Of a DNA stretch of 64,000 nucleotides, positions 61,655 to 64,000 are shown piece after piece. Under the pieces are notes generated by a model that saw nothing but the letters and a program-made list of their open reading frames with translations, ran no database searches and was not told where the DNA came from. How positions within the stretch are numbered: position 1 is the first letter of the stretch; the number at the start of each line of letters is the position of its first letter. The stretch comes from an uncultured Chloroflexia bacterium (GTDB lineage: Bacteria; Chloroflexota; Chloroflexia; Thermomicrobiales; Thermomicrobiaceae). Position numbers and translations under genes: made by a program. Location of the stretch: assembly GCA_963725815.1 (NCBI GenBank), contig CAVSAD010000007.1, positions 168,372-232,371 of the forward strand. Reading direction: 5' to 3'.

Positions 61655-62238
61655 GCCGACTCATCATCCTCCACCGTCCGATACACCTTCCGGAACTCTT
61701 CTCGTCCTCGGAAGAGAACGGACTTCACCGCGGAACGCGACAGCCCCATGATTTCGCCAATGTCCTCACAGGACATCCCCTCGTATTCGCGCAAGACGAG
61801 GGCCATTCGGTTCCGGGCGCTCATGAGGTTCAACACACGCTGGACTATGACCTGGGTCTCGTTGCTGATGGCGTTTCGCTCCGGATCATCCAGAGGCTTG
61901 CCGTGCAGCAGGTGCTCGTGTTTGTGCGATTCCCAGGGCAACCAGCGAATGCGCTGGCGGCGACGAAGGACATCGAGGCAGGCGTTAGAAGCGATTCGGT
62001 GCAGCCACGCAGACACATTGAGATCCAACGACGTCTGCGGCAAGGCTTTGTATGCGCGGATAAAGCATTCTTGGGTCAGGTCGTTTGCGTCGTCCGGATT
62101 GCCCATCATACGGTAGATGAACCCATAGATCTGACGCTCGTACCGCTCAAATATGACCTCGAATGCTGCCTGGTCACCCTCTTTCGCTCGGCTTACCCAA
62201 GTGGCCTCGTCAACTGGAATAGCCACATAGCCACTCAT
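61618..62238 (-). CDS. ECF (group 4) RNA polymerase sigma factor
   Basis: Region 2 is FERYERQIYGFIYRMMGNPDDANDLTQECFIRAY and region 4 is MSCEDIGEIMGLSRSAVKSVLFRGR. GGAGGA RBS. Confidence 0.88.
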   Translation of the reverse strand: MSGYVAIPVDEATWVSRAKEGDQAAFEVIFERYERQIYGFIYRMMGNPDDANDLTQECFIRAYKALPQTSLDLNVSAWLHRIASNACLDVLRRRQRIRWLPWESHKHEHLLHGKPLDDPERNAISNETQVIVQRVLNLMSARNRMALVLREYEGMSCEDIGEIMGLSRSAVKSVLFRGREEFRKVYRTVEDDESACSGENVSLLGH

Positions 62239-62511
62239 GCGAGGTCCTCCGTACCCTTAGCCTTAAAACGAACGGTCAACGTGGCGGTTGTGGAGCGGTG
62301 GGTGACGGAAAGCTCGGTGGCACGCTCCGGTCCGCTGCTGCACTGATTCTGTCACGAACACCTTACCGAATTCGAGAGCAGAGCGCAATCCGACGATCCC
62401 ATATTGACACGTGACTGATACGCGAATTCAGGTGACCGCTTCCGATGCTACAATTATCAACAGTATTCAGTCGAATGCAAGAGCCCACGAGTCCTGGATT
62501 GGATCCATTTC

Positions 62512-64000
62512 ATGGCAAATCCATTCGTCGAGCGCCTCGGCAAGGGTGTCATCCTGTGTGACGGGGCGATGGGGACGCTTCTCTATGAGCGAGGTATCCC
62601 ATTCGACACGTGTTTCGATGAGGTTAAATCTGCGCCAGCCCACGCTCGTCGTCGATATCCATCGCGAGTATATCGCGGCTGGATCTGAGATTATCGAGAC
62701 GAACTCGTTCGGCGCGAACCGGTTCAAGCTCGAGCAGTTTGGTCTTGCGTCTCATGTTCGTGACATCAACCGAAAAGCCGCGCGCAACGCCCGCGAAGCG
62801 CGCGAGATCTCGGGACAACCGGTGCTGATCGCCGGGTCAGTTGGCCCAACTGGTCGAACGCTGCCACCGATTGGAACCGCGAGCCCTGAACAGGTGCGGG
62901 CGGCCTTTCGAGAGCAGATCTCGGCCCTGCTCGAGGGTGGGGTAGACCTACTGATCATCGAGACGATCCCGTCTCTGGTAGAGATGCGCGAAGCGATCCT
63001 GGCCGCGCGTGAGGTTTCGGACCTTCCAGTCGTGGCGCAGATGACCTTCACCCAGGATGGTCGAACGGTCGCGGGTAATTCACCGCGCGACGTCGTGATC
63101 GCGTTGCAGGAACTCGCACCGGAAGTGATCGGCGTCAATTGCAGCGTGGGACCGCGACACACGCTGGACGTACTGCGCGCGTACCGGCGTTTCGCGGGGT
63201 CCGACGTTCACACGTCTGGACAGCCAAACGCGGGTTGGCCGATGGACGTTGGCGGACGCGTGATCTATCCGTCCTCGCCGGAGTACTTCGCCCAATACGC
63301 CCGTGAAGCAGCCGACGAGGGGCTGGCGATCATTGGCGGGTGCTGCGGCACGACGCCGATGCACATTCACTCCATGCGGCAGGCCCTGGACTCGTTGCGC
63401 ATCGTGCAACCTGAACCTGAGCAGGATCGGATCGAGATCGGGCAGACTCGCCAGCGCGAACTGCTCGCTTCCGATGGGCCGACGCTATTCGCCCAAAAGC
63501 TCGGTAAGGAATTCGTCATCAGCGTCGAAATCGACCCACCCAAGGGGCTGAATCCACGCAAAACTCTGGCTGGCGCGCACCTGTTGAAGGAGGCGGGCGT
63601 GGATTTCATCAATGTTGCGGACAGCCCGATGGCACGGGTGCGAATGAGCGCCCTCACCCTGTGCTATCTGATTCAGAATCAGGCCGGGGTCGAGACCATC
63701 CTGCACTTCACGACGCGCGATCGAAACCTCATGGGCTTGCAGTCGGACCTGATCGGCGCACACGCGCTCGGAGTGCGGAACATCATCGCCTTGACGGGTG
63801 ATCCGCCGAGTTTGGGTGACTATCCGAACGCGACCCCCGTCTATGACGTGGACTCGATCGGCCTGGTGCGGGTGATCAAGTCGTTCAACCAGGGCGTCGA
63901 CGCGGCCGGCGCGTCGATCGGGCAGATGGCCAGCTTCACCGTGGCCGTAGCCGCTGACCCGACCCGTCCCGATCTCGAGGAAGAAGCGCGACGGCTCAAT
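62512..64000 (+). pseudogene. bifunctional homocysteine S-methyltransferase / 5,10-methylenetetrahydrofolate reductase (YitJ-like), with one frame break near 62622; 3' end beyond window
   Basis: MANPFVERLGKGVILCDGAMGTLLYERGIPFDTCFDE is in frame 1. LNLRQPTLVVDIHREYIAAGSEIIETNSFGA ... IIGGCCGTTPMHI ... HFTTRDRN ... is in frame 2 and stays open to base 64000. Not listed in the ORF track (no stop). Confidence 0.8.

Noticed and set aside
62239-62511. SAM (S-box) riboswitch upstream of the yitJ-like gene, suggested by TTATCAACAG
   Set aside because: The GGAGGGA / GCCC / GCAACC core elements of SAM-I are missing, and no B12 box was seen either.

Overview
This is a GC-rich bacterial chromosomal window made up almost entirely of core housekeeping genes. 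I see no CRISPR array, transposase, phage block or recognisable defence or biosynthetic cluster, and no convincing new multi-gene system.

Genes recognised by motif:
- Protein export, chaperones and proteases: secA, hspR-clpB, rseP.
- Replication and repair: dnaG, a dGTPase-like HD hydrolase, uvrC, rarA, xerD, parB.
- Translation and RNA: hpf, thrS behind a T-box leader, glyQS, an EF-G paralog, rph, rluB, tsaC, queG, and tRNA-Arg(CCT), tRNA-Pro(CGG), tRNA-Val(GAC).
- Metabolism: panB, coaX, hisB/hisC, cmk, plsC, ispG, ald, selA, and a yitJ-like homocysteine methyltransferase/MTHFR fusion.
- Envelope: two S11 D-Ala-D-Ala carboxypeptidases, a CPBP protease, an MFS transporter, a DUF4349 protein, and an ECF sigma/anti-sigma pair.

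The most striking signal is not a gene type. At least 17 reading-frame breaks fall in clusters: selA-dnaG-dgt at 10.4-13.4 kb, 17.87 kb, 42.9-43.4 kb, 56.0-57.6 kb and 62.62 kb. They hit essential genes (dnaG, glyQS) and even a tRNA. Most map onto 1-4 nt mononucleotide runs, as both expansions and contractions. Homopolymer-length assembly error is therefore the leading explanation, with true pseudogenisation as the alternative.

Secondary points of interest:
- A decayed M19 dipeptidase paralog.
- A DUF2905 gene with an in-frame TAG.
- hspR-clpB with a near-consensus promoter but no canonical HAIR operator.
- An S11 carboxypeptidase with a second TM segment and a cytoplasmic tail domain.
- An anti-sigma factor with an Ig-like domain, a Thr/Pro linker and LGFP-like repeats.

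All calls rest on reading the translations and sequence by eye; no database search was run. The last gene (62512 to the window end) is absent from the supplied ORF track because it has no stop codon in the window.
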